The position numbers and the translations under genes are program-made. The notes below the pieces were generated by a model. The model did no database searches and was not told the origin of the DNA. It saw only the letters and a list, made by a program, of their open reading frames with translations. From Cyclobacteriaceae bacterium (GTDB lineage: Bacteria; Bacteroidota; Bacteroidia; Cytophagales; Cyclobacteriaceae), in assembly GCA_025808415.1 (NCBI GenBank), contig CP075525.1:3974525-4038524 (forward strand): a stretch of 64,000 nucleotides of DNA, written 5' to 3'. Positions 10,323 through 19,415 of the stretch are shown here, piece after piece (the first letter of the stretch is position 1; each line of letters starts with the position of its first letter).

Positions 10323-11178
10323 GAGCAGCCTCCTTTCCGGCTTGTGGCGATACCACTAAAACATTGCACGGCAAATCAGCAAAAACATATTCCAGGTCAT
10401 GTGGGAAGATCCTGTCCAGCAAACGCAATCGCTTGGGCGGGGCCGGTACAACCAGCAGGTCGGCTTGCTTGCGTTTAGCAAACTGCGCTATTTCAAAACC
10501 TGATTTACCGGCCAGCACTTTTATGTTAATCTTCAGGTCATCATGGTCAACCCGGTTCAATAGCTGTTGAACATTATCAACCTCAGTTTCTATCAATTTG
10601 GTTTTTAACCGATTGTACTCTTCTTCGGTTGCCTGATCAGCCGAAGACATGGTGAGGCCGTAAAGTTTTACTTCGCGGACAACATGCAGCCATTTTGATT
10701 TTTCCCTTTGCGCCAGCGCACATGCCAACGATAATGTTTTTTCCACGTCCTCATAGTCATCGGCACTTACTACAATTTGTTCTAAGGATTTAGGACTGAT
10801 ACCTGGGCGAACCAGGGTTAACACCGAGCAATTTGCCTTGCGCAGAATCCTGCGTGCAATAGAACCAACATAGTGCTGCACAAGGCCTTCTTGTTGAAGG
10901 GCGCCCGCCACCAGCAAATCGATGTTTTCTTCTTTACATGCCTTTAGGATTTCTTCACTGGGTTTACCCTTCCGCCAGCAAACCGTTACCTTATCCATAG
11001 CCAGGCTATGCTTTCCGAGAAGTTTGCCCAATAACTGCTCTTCCGTTTCACCATGCTCGCCAACATGAATGATAACCAATTCGGTACCCCATTGCATTTT
11101 CATGCGAATCGTTTCAGCCAGCAAAGCTTCTGCGCGGGGCGAAAAGGCAATAGCTAATCCTATTTTTCGAAACAGCAT
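10315..11178 (-). CDS. Universal stress protein (tandem UspA domains)
   Basis: Two Usp-like halves ending in the LLVAGA / LLVVPAP and CSVLTL / CNVLVV motifs. It overlaps the antiporter start by 8 nt, implying one operon. Confidence 0.8.
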   Translation of the reverse strand: MLFRKIGLAIAFSPRAEALLAETIRMKMQWGTELVIIHVGEHGETEEQLLGKLLGKHSLAMDKVTVCWRKGKPSEEILKACKEENIDLLVAGALQQEGLVQHYVGSIARRILRKANCSVLTLVRPGISPKSLEQIVVSADDYEDVEKTLSLACALAQREKSKWLHVVREVKLYGLTMSSADQATEEEYNRLKTKLIETEVDNVQQLLNRVDHDDLKINIKVLAGKSGFEIAQFAKRKQADLLVVPAPPKRLRLLDRIFPHDLEYVFADLPCNVLVVSPQAGKEAAHG

Positions 11179-11249
11179 AGTTTAATGAGCCAATAAGTTA
11201 TCTATTTTTATCCAATTGAAAGCCGGTTAATTTTTAAGCTGCAGAAAGT

Positions 11250-12545
11250 ATGGGAAAGGGATCACTCAGGAGATTTTTGATTGGGAAAGAGGCTATCCCG
11301 TCCCTGAAGCTTTACAAGCAGGCTATGCTTCGCGGGCAAATTGCCTTAATGCTTATTGCTGTTAGTTTAGCGTACATATTTATTGATGTTGTATATGCAA
11401 TTTATCGCAACATACCGCTCTATACAGTAATAGGTTTAATAGGTGCAGGTACATTCTGGCTTAACCGGAAACGCATATATCGGGAGGCAACACTGTTGGT
11501 TATTATTGCCTCGAATTTTATCATTTACCTTTTCGCATCATCCGAACCGGAAGCCAGCGGGGTGTACATTTTCTTCTTACCTGTTTCGTTGGCTGCCATG
11601 GCGCTTTTTACTTATAGCGATTGGTATCTAGGGTTAGCCTGCGTGCTGCTGAGTTTCGCCCTGTTTCTGCTGGCATACCTGTCTGACTTTTCAATACTTA
11701 CTAAAGTTGAAGAAATTGATGCTACAGATGAATTGTACTTCCTGATCAATTTTACCGTTGCCTTAACCACCTCGGTATTGGTGGTTTATTTTCTGCTAAA
11801 CCTCAACTACCACGCTGAAAAATCATTGCGTGAAAATGAAAGCAGGCTTGTGCAGCTTACGGAAGAATTGAAACAAAGCAATGCTGAACTAGACCGTTTT
11901 GTTTATAGTGTTTCGCACGATTTACGGGCTCCCTTAAGTTCGGTGGTGGGCCTGGTTGGCTTGGCAGAGGTAGCCGAAAACCCACAAGAAGTTAAATCCT
12001 ACCTGGCCATGATGCGAAACCGGATTGACGCACTGGAGAAATTCATTCGCGACATTATTGATTACTCCCGCAACGCAAGGCTTGGTGTTTTAAAAGAACG
12101 CGTAAACCTGAATGAACTGATGCAGGAGGTAATGGATAGCCTTCGTTTTGCAGATGAAGTCTCTTCGGTAAAAATAAAAACCGATATATCCGCAAACCTT
12201 GAATTAGTTACCGATAAAATAAGGTTACGGATTATCCTCAACAACCTTATTGCCAACGCCCTGAAGTACCATGATAAACACAAAGAAGAACGATACGTGC
12301 ACGTGCAGGCCAGGAAACATTCCAACTGTTTTCAAATTGATGTAGAAGATAATGGCATTGGTATCAAGCCGGACCATCTTCCCAGGGTTTTTGAAATGTT
12401 TTACCGTGCCTCTGAAAGCTCAAAAGGGTCAGGATTAGGCCTTTACATAGCCCGCGAGACCATAAAAAAAATGGGAGGTCAGATCACGGTAAAATCCGAA
12501 TTTGGCAAAGGCACCCATTTTCAGATAGATCTACCGCATAACTGA
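11250..12545 (+). CDS. Sensor histidine kinase with a polytopic N-terminal membrane domain; no receiver domain
   Basis: H-box FVYSVSHDLRAPLSS, N-box NLIANALKY, G boxes DNGIGI and GSGLGLYI. About 5-6 predicted TM helices lie in the first ~190 aa. Confidence 0.85.
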   Translation: MGKGSLRRFLIGKEAIPSLKLYKQAMLRGQIALMLIAVSLAYIFIDVVYAIYRNIPLYTVIGLIGAGTFWLNRKRIYREATLLVIIASNFIIYLFASSEPEASGVYIFFLPVSLAAMALFTYSDWYLGLACVLLSFALFLLAYLSDFSILTKVEEIDATDELYFLINFTVALTTSVLVVYFLLNLNYHAEKSLRENESRLVQLTEELKQSNAELDRFVYSVSHDLRAPLSSVVGLVGLAEVAENPQEVKSYLAMMRNRIDALEKFIRDIIDYSRNARLGVLKERVNLNELMQEVMDSLRFADEVSSVKIKTDISANLELVTDKIRLRIILNNLIANALKYHDKHKEERYVHVQARKHSNCFQIDVEDNGIGIKPDHLPRVFEMFYRASESSKGSGLGLYIARETIKKMGGQITVKSEFGKGTHFQIDLPHN

Positions 12546-12550
12546 ACCTG

Positions 12551-12573
12551 AGGCCAACTTCTTATTTTGGCCT
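12551..12573 (+). terminator. Candidate intrinsic terminator after the first histidine kinase
   Basis: AGGCCAA / TTGGCCT 7-bp stem with a 9-nt loop, starting 6 nt after the stop codon. The downstream T-tract is weak. Confidence 0.35.
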
Positions 12574-12650
12574 TCATTTATCCCAAAAAGAAAATTTGCA
12601 ATACTCCCCCTAAATCTTGCATCACTCATATCCATAACAAGAAGAAACCG

Positions 12651-12678
12651 TTGCATAGTACTGACCAACATACTTTTG
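12651..12678 (+). promoter_or_regulatory. Candidate Bacteroidota sigma-A promoter for the second histidine kinase
   Basis: TTG at 12651..12653 and a TACTTTTG -7 box (TAnnTTTG consensus) at 12671..12678, 20 nt upstream of the ATG at 12699. Confidence 0.4.
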
Positions 12679-12698
12679 CATGTTGGTTTAAAGCAAAA

Positions 12699-13976
12699 AT
12701 GAAAAAGACTATCCGCAACCTGATAATAGGCAAAAACAATTACATCGAATCCTGGACAGAATATCGCCAGGTGATCCTTTCCGGGCAGTTTACCCTTATT
12801 GCCATTATACTTTGCACCATGTACACCCTAATTGACTTGAGTTGGGGAATTTACATTACGATACCTGTTTATTCATTCTGCACAGCCATGCTTATTATAG
12901 CGATCTACCAGCATCGCAAAGGGAGGCACTGTTCCGCTTACTATATTATTTTCCCCACCTTGAATTTCATTGTGTACTTGTTTGCCTCCAGCGAAGCACC
13001 GGCAACGGGGGCATATATTCTATTCCTACCCATTGCACTAGGGGCCTTTGCCGTTTTCAACTACAAACAGCGGGTAATTGCTGTTAATCTGGCGGCACTA
13101 ACCTATACCCTTTTTGTTATAGCATATTTTGTCGATTTCTCCATTCTCCCGAAAAGGCTCTATTCTGACGAAGAGCTGATGGCTAATTTTATGGTCAATT
13201 TTGCCGTGGCTTTACCAACATCCATTCTTGCCATTTACCTGCTGATTAGTTTAAACCACCACAACGGAAGAGAGTTGGTGAACAGCAACCGTATGCTAAA
13301 AAAGCTGAATGAAGAGCTTGACCGTTTTGTCTACAGTACTTCGCACGATTTACGGGCACCGCTGTCATCGGTAACGGGGTTGATTAACCTGGCCAAAAAC
13401 AACCCAAACCCAAACGAAGTAAACCGCTACCTGGGCATGATGGCCCACCGGGTTGATGCGCTGGATAAGTTTATCAAGGACATCACCGATTACTCGCGAA
13501 ACAACCGCATGCAAATAACCCGCGAACAGGTTAATGTTCACCAATTAGTGCAACAAATATGGGAGTCGTTGATGTTTAGCGCAGAGGCACAGTCCATCAT
13601 CTTTTTAAATGAAATTCCACAGGACCTGGTTATTGAAAACGATAGCAAACGCCTGCACATGGTTATGTCAAACCTGATTGCCAACGCCATACGTTACCAC
13701 GATAACCGAAAAGAGAAAAAATACATTCGCGTTTACCAGCATGCCATAGGCACTTCATTTGCCATTCATGTGGAAGATAACGGCCAGGGAATAGCACCCG
13801 AAATACAAAAGAAGGTATTCGATATGTTTTACCGGGGCAATGAAACGTCTCAGGGCTCAGGCCTGGGCTTGTACATTGTAAAAGAAACCATTACCCGCCT
13901 GGCTGGAACCGTTCACCTGTACTCACAACCCCGCGTGGGCAGTACCTTTATCGTTACTCTACCGGTTAATGGATAG
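12699..13976 (+). CDS. Sensor histidine kinase, tandem paralog of 11250..12545
   Basis: Same architecture and motifs as its neighbour (FVYSTSHDLRAPLSS, NLIANAIRY, DNGQGI, GSGLGLYI). I prefer the ATG at 12699 (MKKTIRNLIIGK, which aligns with the paralog's N-terminus) over the TTG at 12567 in the track. Confidence 0.85.
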   Translation: MKKTIRNLIIGKNNYIESWTEYRQVILSGQFTLIAIILCTMYTLIDLSWGIYITIPVYSFCTAMLIIAIYQHRKGRHCSAYYIIFPTLNFIVYLFASSEAPATGAYILFLPIALGAFAVFNYKQRVIAVNLAALTYTLFVIAYFVDFSILPKRLYSDEELMANFMVNFAVALPTSILAIYLLISLNHHNGRELVNSNRMLKKLNEELDRFVYSTSHDLRAPLSSVTGLINLAKNNPNPNEVNRYLGMMAHRVDALDKFIKDITDYSRNNRMQITREQVNVHQLVQQIWESLMFSAEAQSIIFLNEIPQDLVIENDSKRLHMVMSNLIANAIRYHDNRKEKKYIRVYQHAIGTSFAIHVEDNGQGIAPEIQKKVFDMFYRGNETSQGSGLGLYIVKETITRLAGTVHLYSQPRVGSTFIVTLPVNG

Positions 13977-14015
13977 ATTCAAAAGGGGGTAATCCGTTAA
14001 TCATTCGGCAAGTCT

Positions 14016-14023
14016 TATATTTG
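14016..14023 (+). promoter_or_regulatory. Candidate -7 promoter box upstream of the GlyRS gene
   Basis: TATATTTG matches TAnnTTTG and lies only 6 nt upstream of the ATG at 14030. I saw no clear -33 TTG. Confidence 0.25.
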
Positions 14024-14029
14024 CGCCCT

Positions 14030-15571
14030 ATGGCGAATCAGGAAGACAACCTTTTTAAGAATGTGATTGCCCATGCCAAGGAGTATGGGTTTATTTTTCC
14101 CTCCAGCGAAATTTACGATGGTCTAAGTGCCGTTTACGACTACGGCCAAAACGGTGCTGAACTGAAGAACAACATCAAAGAGTATTGGTGGAAGTTTATG
14201 ACCATGCTCCATGAAAACATTGTGGGCATTGATGCTGCCATTTTTATGCACCCCACTACCTGGAAAGCTTCCGGCCATGTGGATGCCTTTAACGATCCGA
14301 TGATCGATAACAAAGATTCTAAAAAGCGCTACCGTGCGGACCAGTTGATTGAAGGATACATTGAGAAGCTGGAAGAGAAAATTGAGAAGGAAGTTGAAAA
14401 GGCCGCCAGGCGTTTCGAGAATTTTGATCGTGCCATGTTTGTGAGCACCAACACCCGGGTGCTTGAATACCAAAAAAAGATTGACGAGGTAAATGAAAGG
14501 TTAAAGGAAGCGATGGGCTCCGGAAACATGGAGGCTATGAAGCAACTCATCATTGACCTTGAAATTGCCGACCCTATTTCCGGTTCACGCAACTGGACCG
14601 ATGTGCGCCAGTTTAACCTGATGTTCTCCACCGAAATGGGATCCGTGGCCGATGATGCAAACAAAATCTATCTACGCCCCGAAACCGCCCAAGGCATTTT
14701 TGTAAACTTCCTGAACGTACAAAAAACCGGTAGGATGAAAATTCCTTTTGGTATTGCACAAATCGGTAAAGCGTTTCGCAATGAAATTGTAGCCCGTCAG
14801 TTCATCTTTCGCATGCGTGAGTTTGAACAAATGGAGATGCAGTTTTTTGTGAAGCCGGGTGAAGAAATGCAGTGGTATGAGTTCTGGAAAGCGAAAAGAA
14901 TGAAATGGCATAACGCCCTTGGCTTAGGTGAAGCCAACTACCGTTTCCACGATCACCTGAATCTGGCCCACTACGCCAATGCGGCATGTGATATCCAGTT
15001 CAATTTTCCGATGGGCTTCCGTGAACTGGAAGGCATTCACTCGCGTACCGATTTCGATTTAAAAAATCACGAAAAATATTCCGGAAAAAAACTTCAATAC
15101 TTCGATCCGGAAGACAATCAAAACTTCATTCCGTATGTAGTGGAGACATCCATTGGGTTAGATCGTATGTTCCTTGCGGTTTTATCCAAATCGTACCTGG
15201 AAGAAAAACTGGCTGATGGCAGTGAGCGTGTGGTGCTGCGCATACCCGCACCACTGGCGCCCAATAAAGTGGCCATTCTTCCGTTAACCAAAAAAGACGG
15301 CCTACCAGAAAAGGCTATGGAAATAATGAACGAGCTGAAATTCCATGTGCGTTGCTTCTACGAAGAAAAGGATGCCATCGGTAAACGCTACCGCAGGCAG
15401 GATGCTATTGGCACACCCTATTGTGTAACGGTAGATCACCAAACGCTTCAGGATAATACGGTGACCATACGCCACCGCGACACCATGGAACAAGAACGTG
15501 TTGCCATCCAATCGTTGAAAACAACCTTAACCGAGGCGTGCTCCATTAACAACATCCTGAAAAGGATCTAG
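14030..15571 (+). CDS. Glycine--tRNA ligase (class II, alpha2 dimeric type)
   Basis: FKNVIAHAKEYGFIFPSSEIYDGL, YLRPETAQGIFVNF and GKAFRNEI (motif 2 region), VVETSIGLDRMFLAV (motif 3), and a C-terminal anticodon-binding domain. I prefer the ATG at 14030 over the TTG at 14021. Confidence 0.95.
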   Translation: MANQEDNLFKNVIAHAKEYGFIFPSSEIYDGLSAVYDYGQNGAELKNNIKEYWWKFMTMLHENIVGIDAAIFMHPTTWKASGHVDAFNDPMIDNKDSKKRYRADQLIEGYIEKLEEKIEKEVEKAARRFENFDRAMFVSTNTRVLEYQKKIDEVNERLKEAMGSGNMEAMKQLIIDLEIADPISGSRNWTDVRQFNLMFSTEMGSVADDANKIYLRPETAQGIFVNFLNVQKTGRMKIPFGIAQIGKAFRNEIVARQFIFRMREFEQMEMQFFVKPGEEMQWYEFWKAKRMKWHNALGLGEANYRFHDHLNLAHYANAACDIQFNFPMGFRELEGIHSRTDFDLKNHEKYSGKKLQYFDPEDNQNFIPYVVETSIGLDRMFLAVLSKSYLEEKLADGSERVVLRIPAPLAPNKVAILPLTKKDGLPEKAMEIMNELKFHVRCFYEEKDAIGKRYRRQDAIGTPYCVTVDHQTLQDNTVTIRHRDTMEQERVAIQSLKTTLTEACSINNILKRI

Positions 15572-15576
15572 TCTTT

Positions 15577-16377
15577 ATGTTTTTCTTCATCCTGGTAGTT
15601 GGCTTTGTAATCGCTGCAACCTACTACCGTCATCAGCTTGAGGCTGCTTACGAAGAAGCAGGCAGAAGGGCTGCGCCTATCCGCTCAGCCATTCTTCCAT
15701 TCCCGCAAACATATAAGGAAATTTTGTTGAAATACTTTCCATATTACAACCGGCTGAACACCTCGCAACAACATGCCTTCGAACAAAAGCTGTTAACTTT
15801 TATCTTGTCTAAAAAATTTATCCCGCGTCAGTTCGATGCTATTACAGATGAAATGAGAGTTATGGTAGGGGCGTGTGCCGTGCAACTCACGTTCGGTTTG
15901 CCCCGCATATACTTACAGCACTTTTCTAAAATACTGATTTACCCAACCGATTATTACTCCTCACTGACTAAACGCTTTCATAAAGGTGAAGTTAACCCGG
16001 CATTCGGTGCCATTGTACTAAGCTGGAAAAGCTTTGTGGATGGCTACATCTACCCAACCGACTCGGTAAACCTTGGGTTGCACGAAATGGCCCATGCGTT
16101 ACGGCTCGAAAACATCATCCACAACGATGAGTATGACTTTTTTGATGATGCTCTGGTGGAAAAATTTGATTCTTATGCTTACCAGCTTTGTCATTTGCCG
16201 CAGTATGCCAATGAAACTTTTTTGCGGGCCTATGCCTGTGCCAACGAGCATGAGTTTTTTGCAGTAGCGGTAGAGAATTTTTTTGAGCGCCCAGCCGAAT
16301 TTAAATATGCCCTGCCTGAATTATACGAAACCCTTGCACAGCTGCTGAGGCAGGATCCATTAATGCTAAATTCATAA
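15577..16377 (+). CDS. MtfA-like zinc-dependent peptidase (M90 family)
   Basis: An N-terminal TM helix, the HEMAH zinc motif (GLHEMAHAL), and a downstream EFFAVAVENFFERP segment typical of MtfA/DUF980. Confidence 0.65.
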   Translation: MFFFILVVGFVIAATYYRHQLEAAYEEAGRRAAPIRSAILPFPQTYKEILLKYFPYYNRLNTSQQHAFEQKLLTFILSKKFIPRQFDAITDEMRVMVGACAVQLTFGLPRIYLQHFSKILIYPTDYYSSLTKRFHKGEVNPAFGAIVLSWKSFVDGYIYPTDSVNLGLHEMAHALRLENIIHNDEYDFFDDALVEKFDSYAYQLCHLPQYANETFLRAYACANEHEFFAVAVENFFERPAEFKYALPELYETLAQLLRQDPLMLNS

Positions 16378-16442
16378 CGATTTTCCTGCCAAATCATTAG
16401 CTTTGAAGCCTTGTCGTTCAGGCTGTTTTATCCAGTTTATTT

Positions 16443-18860
16443 ATGTGGACATCACTTGCGCACTTTATCATTTCGTACAGGCTTCCGTTGTTTATCGCCA
16501 TCGCGCTGATCACGGTTTTTATGGGCTACCATGGGCGAAAGGTAGAGATGAGCTACGACTTTCGCGGCACTGTTCCGGCCAACGATCCAGAGCAGATATT
16601 TTTCACAGAATTTAAAGAACAGTTCGGTGAAGATGGTGGTATTGTGGCCATTGGCTTGAAGGACAGCAGCATTTACCAATACAAAAATTTCGAAAAGCTG
16701 CGCGAGTTCTGTGTTTCCGTAAAACAAATACCGGGTATCAACGATGTGATCTCGCTTCCTCAAATAAAAATGATGGAAAAAGATACTGCCCGGAAACAAT
16801 TCAAACTGGTAGATATTTTTCCGGGAAAAGTAAAAAGTCAGCAGGAACTGGACAGCCTGCTGAAAGAAGCTGCAAAACAAAAATTTTATTTAGGGCAGAT
16901 TACCAATCAGGAGAATGGTGCCATCGCCATCCTGATATCCATCAACAAAGACTATTTGAATTCCTCCAGGCGCATAGAAGTTACCAATGAAATTATTAAG
17001 CGTGGAGGGCACTTCACAGAAAGCACAGATATCGTATTACACTATGCAGGTCTGCCCTTTGTTCGTTCAGTTATAGCCGAACGGGTAAGTGCTGAACTGA
17101 AAACATTCCTGGCGCTATCCGTTATTGTAACCGGAATTATCCTATTGATTTTCTTCCGCTCATTCCGCGCCATGATCTTTCCACTTATTGTTATCGGTAT
17201 TGTGGTGGTATGGGTAATCGGTACAATTGTACTGATGGGTTTTAAGATCACGCTGCTTAGCGGAATGATACCACCCATTATTGTAGTTATCGGCATCCCC
17301 AATGCCATCTACCTGATGAACAAATACCACAGTGAGTACGCTGCTCACGGCAATAAAATGCTTGCCATAACACGCGTTATTCGCAAAGTGGGGGTTGCCA
17401 CCTTTCTCACCAACCTCACCACTGCCATAGGCTTTTTGGTGTTGCTCACAGCCGACATTACTATTCTTCGGGAGTTTGGTATCGTAGCCGGTATAAATGT
17501 GATGGCTACGTTTGTTGTAAGTTTAATACTAATCCCCGGGGTGTTTTCATGGATGCCCCCACCCTCGCCCAAACACCTGCGTCACCTTGATTTTAAACTT
17601 ATCGACAACCTGTTGGTTGGCATCGATTTAACGGTGCACCGTCACCGGGCTTTGATATACTCGGTCACTATCCTTATGATTGGATTTGCCCTCATAGGCA
17701 TGTACCGGATTCATACCGTTTCCTTCATGGTTGATGACTTGCCTGAAAACAGTGTTGAGAAACAAGACCTGAAATTTTTTGAAGAGCACTTTAGCGGGGT
17801 AATGCCGTTGGAAATGGTGGTGAACACCGGAAAGCGCAGGGGCGTTATTGATGTGAAAAACCTGCAAAAGCTTGATGCGTTTGAACAGTTCCTGGATTCC
17901 ATCAAATACATCTCCCGGCCTGTTTCCATTGTAAGCTTTGTTAAAGCAGCCAAGCAGGCCTTTTATAATAACAACCCTGCACGCTACTCGCTGCCCGACA
18001 ATCGCGAGCGAAATTTTATCCTTCCGTACTTGAAAGGACAATCCGATGCCTCGGGACTATTTAATGCCTTTGTTGACTCCACCCTACAAACAATGCGCAT
18101 TTCACTACAAGTAGCTGATATTGGCTCGGACAAGATGGATTCGCTGATAAATCAGGTTATCCAGCCAAAGATTGACACACTTTTTAATGGAACCGATATT
18201 TCAGTCAGGATAACCGGAACAACCCCACTCTTTATTAAAGGAAATTCATTTCTTATATCAAACCTCAAAGGAAGTTTACTGCTTGCCTTTGCCCTTATTG
18301 CGCTGACGATGGGATTTTTGTTTGCCAACTTGCGCATGATCGTTATTGCCCTTATCCCCAATGTTATTCCCATGATGATCACAGCATCGTTGATGGGTTA
18401 CTTTGGTGTTCCGCTAAAACCCAGCACGGTATTGATCTTCAGTATTGCTTTTGGCATCTCCGTTGATTACTCCATTCACTTCCTGGCAAAATACCGGCAA
18501 GAACTGCACGCTAAAAATTTCTTCATCCCTGTAGCGGTAAGCGCAACCATACTGGAGGTTGGTAAAAGCATGGTCTACACTTCGATTGTGTTGCTGGCCG
18601 GGTTCATCATTTTTGCATTCTCATCGTTTGGCGGAACAATCGCTTTAGGGGTGCTTACTTCTATTACGTTGTTCATCTCCATGTTCACCAACCTGATATT
18701 GTTGCCCTCGCTGATCATGACTTTCGATCGTACCAAGCGACAGAAAGAGGGGCACATGCTTATTGAAGAAGTGGATCCGGGCTTCTATTCGGAAACGGAA
18801 GATGAAGCGATTGACCTTGACAAAATCAAGATCAGCAACCGGCACCCGGCCGCTGAGTAG
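16443..18860 (+). CDS. MMPL / RND-superfamily membrane transporter
   Basis: 805 aa with two repeats of ~6 TM helices, each preceded by a large extracytoplasmic loop. The sequence resembles the MMPL / HpnN-like family. Confidence 0.8.
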   Translation: MWTSLAHFIISYRLPLFIAIALITVFMGYHGRKVEMSYDFRGTVPANDPEQIFFTEFKEQFGEDGGIVAIGLKDSSIYQYKNFEKLREFCVSVKQIPGINDVISLPQIKMMEKDTARKQFKLVDIFPGKVKSQQELDSLLKEAAKQKFYLGQITNQENGAIAILISINKDYLNSSRRIEVTNEIIKRGGHFTESTDIVLHYAGLPFVRSVIAERVSAELKTFLALSVIVTGIILLIFFRSFRAMIFPLIVIGIVVVWVIGTIVLMGFKITLLSGMIPPIIVVIGIPNAIYLMNKYHSEYAAHGNKMLAITRVIRKVGVATFLTNLTTAIGFLVLLTADITILREFGIVAGINVMATFVVSLILIPGVFSWMPPPSPKHLRHLDFKLIDNLLVGIDLTVHRHRALIYSVTILMIGFALIGMYRIHTVSFMVDDLPENSVEKQDLKFFEEHFSGVMPLEMVVNTGKRRGVIDVKNLQKLDAFEQFLDSIKYISRPVSIVSFVKAAKQAFYNNNPARYSLPDNRERNFILPYLKGQSDASGLFNAFVDSTLQTMRISLQVADIGSDKMDSLINQVIQPKIDTLFNGTDISVRITGTTPLFIKGNSFLISNLKGSLLLAFALIALTMGFLFANLRMIVIALIPNVIPMMITASLMGYFGVPLKPSTVLIFSIAFGISVDYSIHFLAKYRQELHAKNFFIPVAVSATILEVGKSMVYTSIVLLAGFIIFAFSSFGGTIALGVLTSITLFISMFTNLILLPSLIMTFDRTKRQKEGHMLIEEVDPGFYSETEDEAIDLDKIKISNRHPAAE

Positions 18861-18862
18861 TT

Positions 18863-19351
18863 TTATTTCGAATTCATATCATCGCTGAGAAAGTTCAATA
18901 CTTGTTTTAGGCAAGCGCCTAATTCTTTCTTCACCTGTGCATCCCAAAACCGAAAAACCTTAAAGCCCATAGACTCAAGTTCTTTGTTAATCTGTTTATC
19001 ACGTTGGATATTCCTTTCAATTTTTGGTACCCAAAATCCTGTATTGGATTTTAGCTTTTTCTTTTTTTGTACCCAGTCATGACCGTGCCAAAACTCACCA
19101 TCAATAAACACTACAAACCTTAGTGCTTTGTTTGAGATATCAGGCTTGCCAGGTAAGGATTTACAATGTACCCTGTAGCGAACGCCAGCATTCCAAAGTG
19201 CCCTTCTGAAGATCAATTCAGGTTTTGTGTCTTTGCCCCCAATGTTTGACATGAGTTTGCTGCGGGCCTTAGTAGTATAAAACCCTGCAGCCTCTTCAAA
19301 CCGAGGTACTTTAATGGGCTCCTCTGCATATCTTTTTGGTCTTGCCTGCAT
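18863..19351 (-). CDS. vsr: Very short patch repair endonuclease Vsr
   Basis: TKPELIFRRALWNAGVRYRVH...LPGKPDI...VVFIDGEFWHGH...W..KI..N..RD matches the Vsr catalytic core. It is adjacent to and divergent from a C5-methyltransferase. Confidence 0.9.
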   Translation of the reverse strand: MQARPKRYAEEPIKVPRFEEAAGFYTTKARSKLMSNIGGKDTKPELIFRRALWNAGVRYRVHCKSLPGKPDISNKALRFVVFIDGEFWHGHDWVQKKKKLKSNTGFWVPKIERNIQRDKQINKELESMGFKVFRFWDAQVKKELGACLKQVLNFLSDDMNSK

Positions 19352-19369
19352 CCTATTTTTCTTTTGGTG

Positions 19370-19387
19370 TACAAAGTTATATTTGTA
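19370..19387 (+). promoter_or_regulatory. Candidate promoter and operator of the methyltransferase gene
   Basis: A TATATTTG -7 box (19378..19385) is embedded in the palindrome TACAAA-N6-TTTGTA (19370..19387), 30 nt upstream of the ATG. Confidence 0.4.
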
Positions 19388-19415
19388 ACCATGTATAAGC
19401 TTTACTAAGCTGGTT

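Noticed and set aside
12551-12573. The same AGGCCAA/TTGGCCT stem sequence appears in two candidate terminators (12551..12573 and 49392..49418), hinting at a REP-like family.
   Set aside because: There are only two instances, with different loops and flanks, and the shared stem is 7 nt. This is insufficient to claim a repeat family without a genome-wide count.
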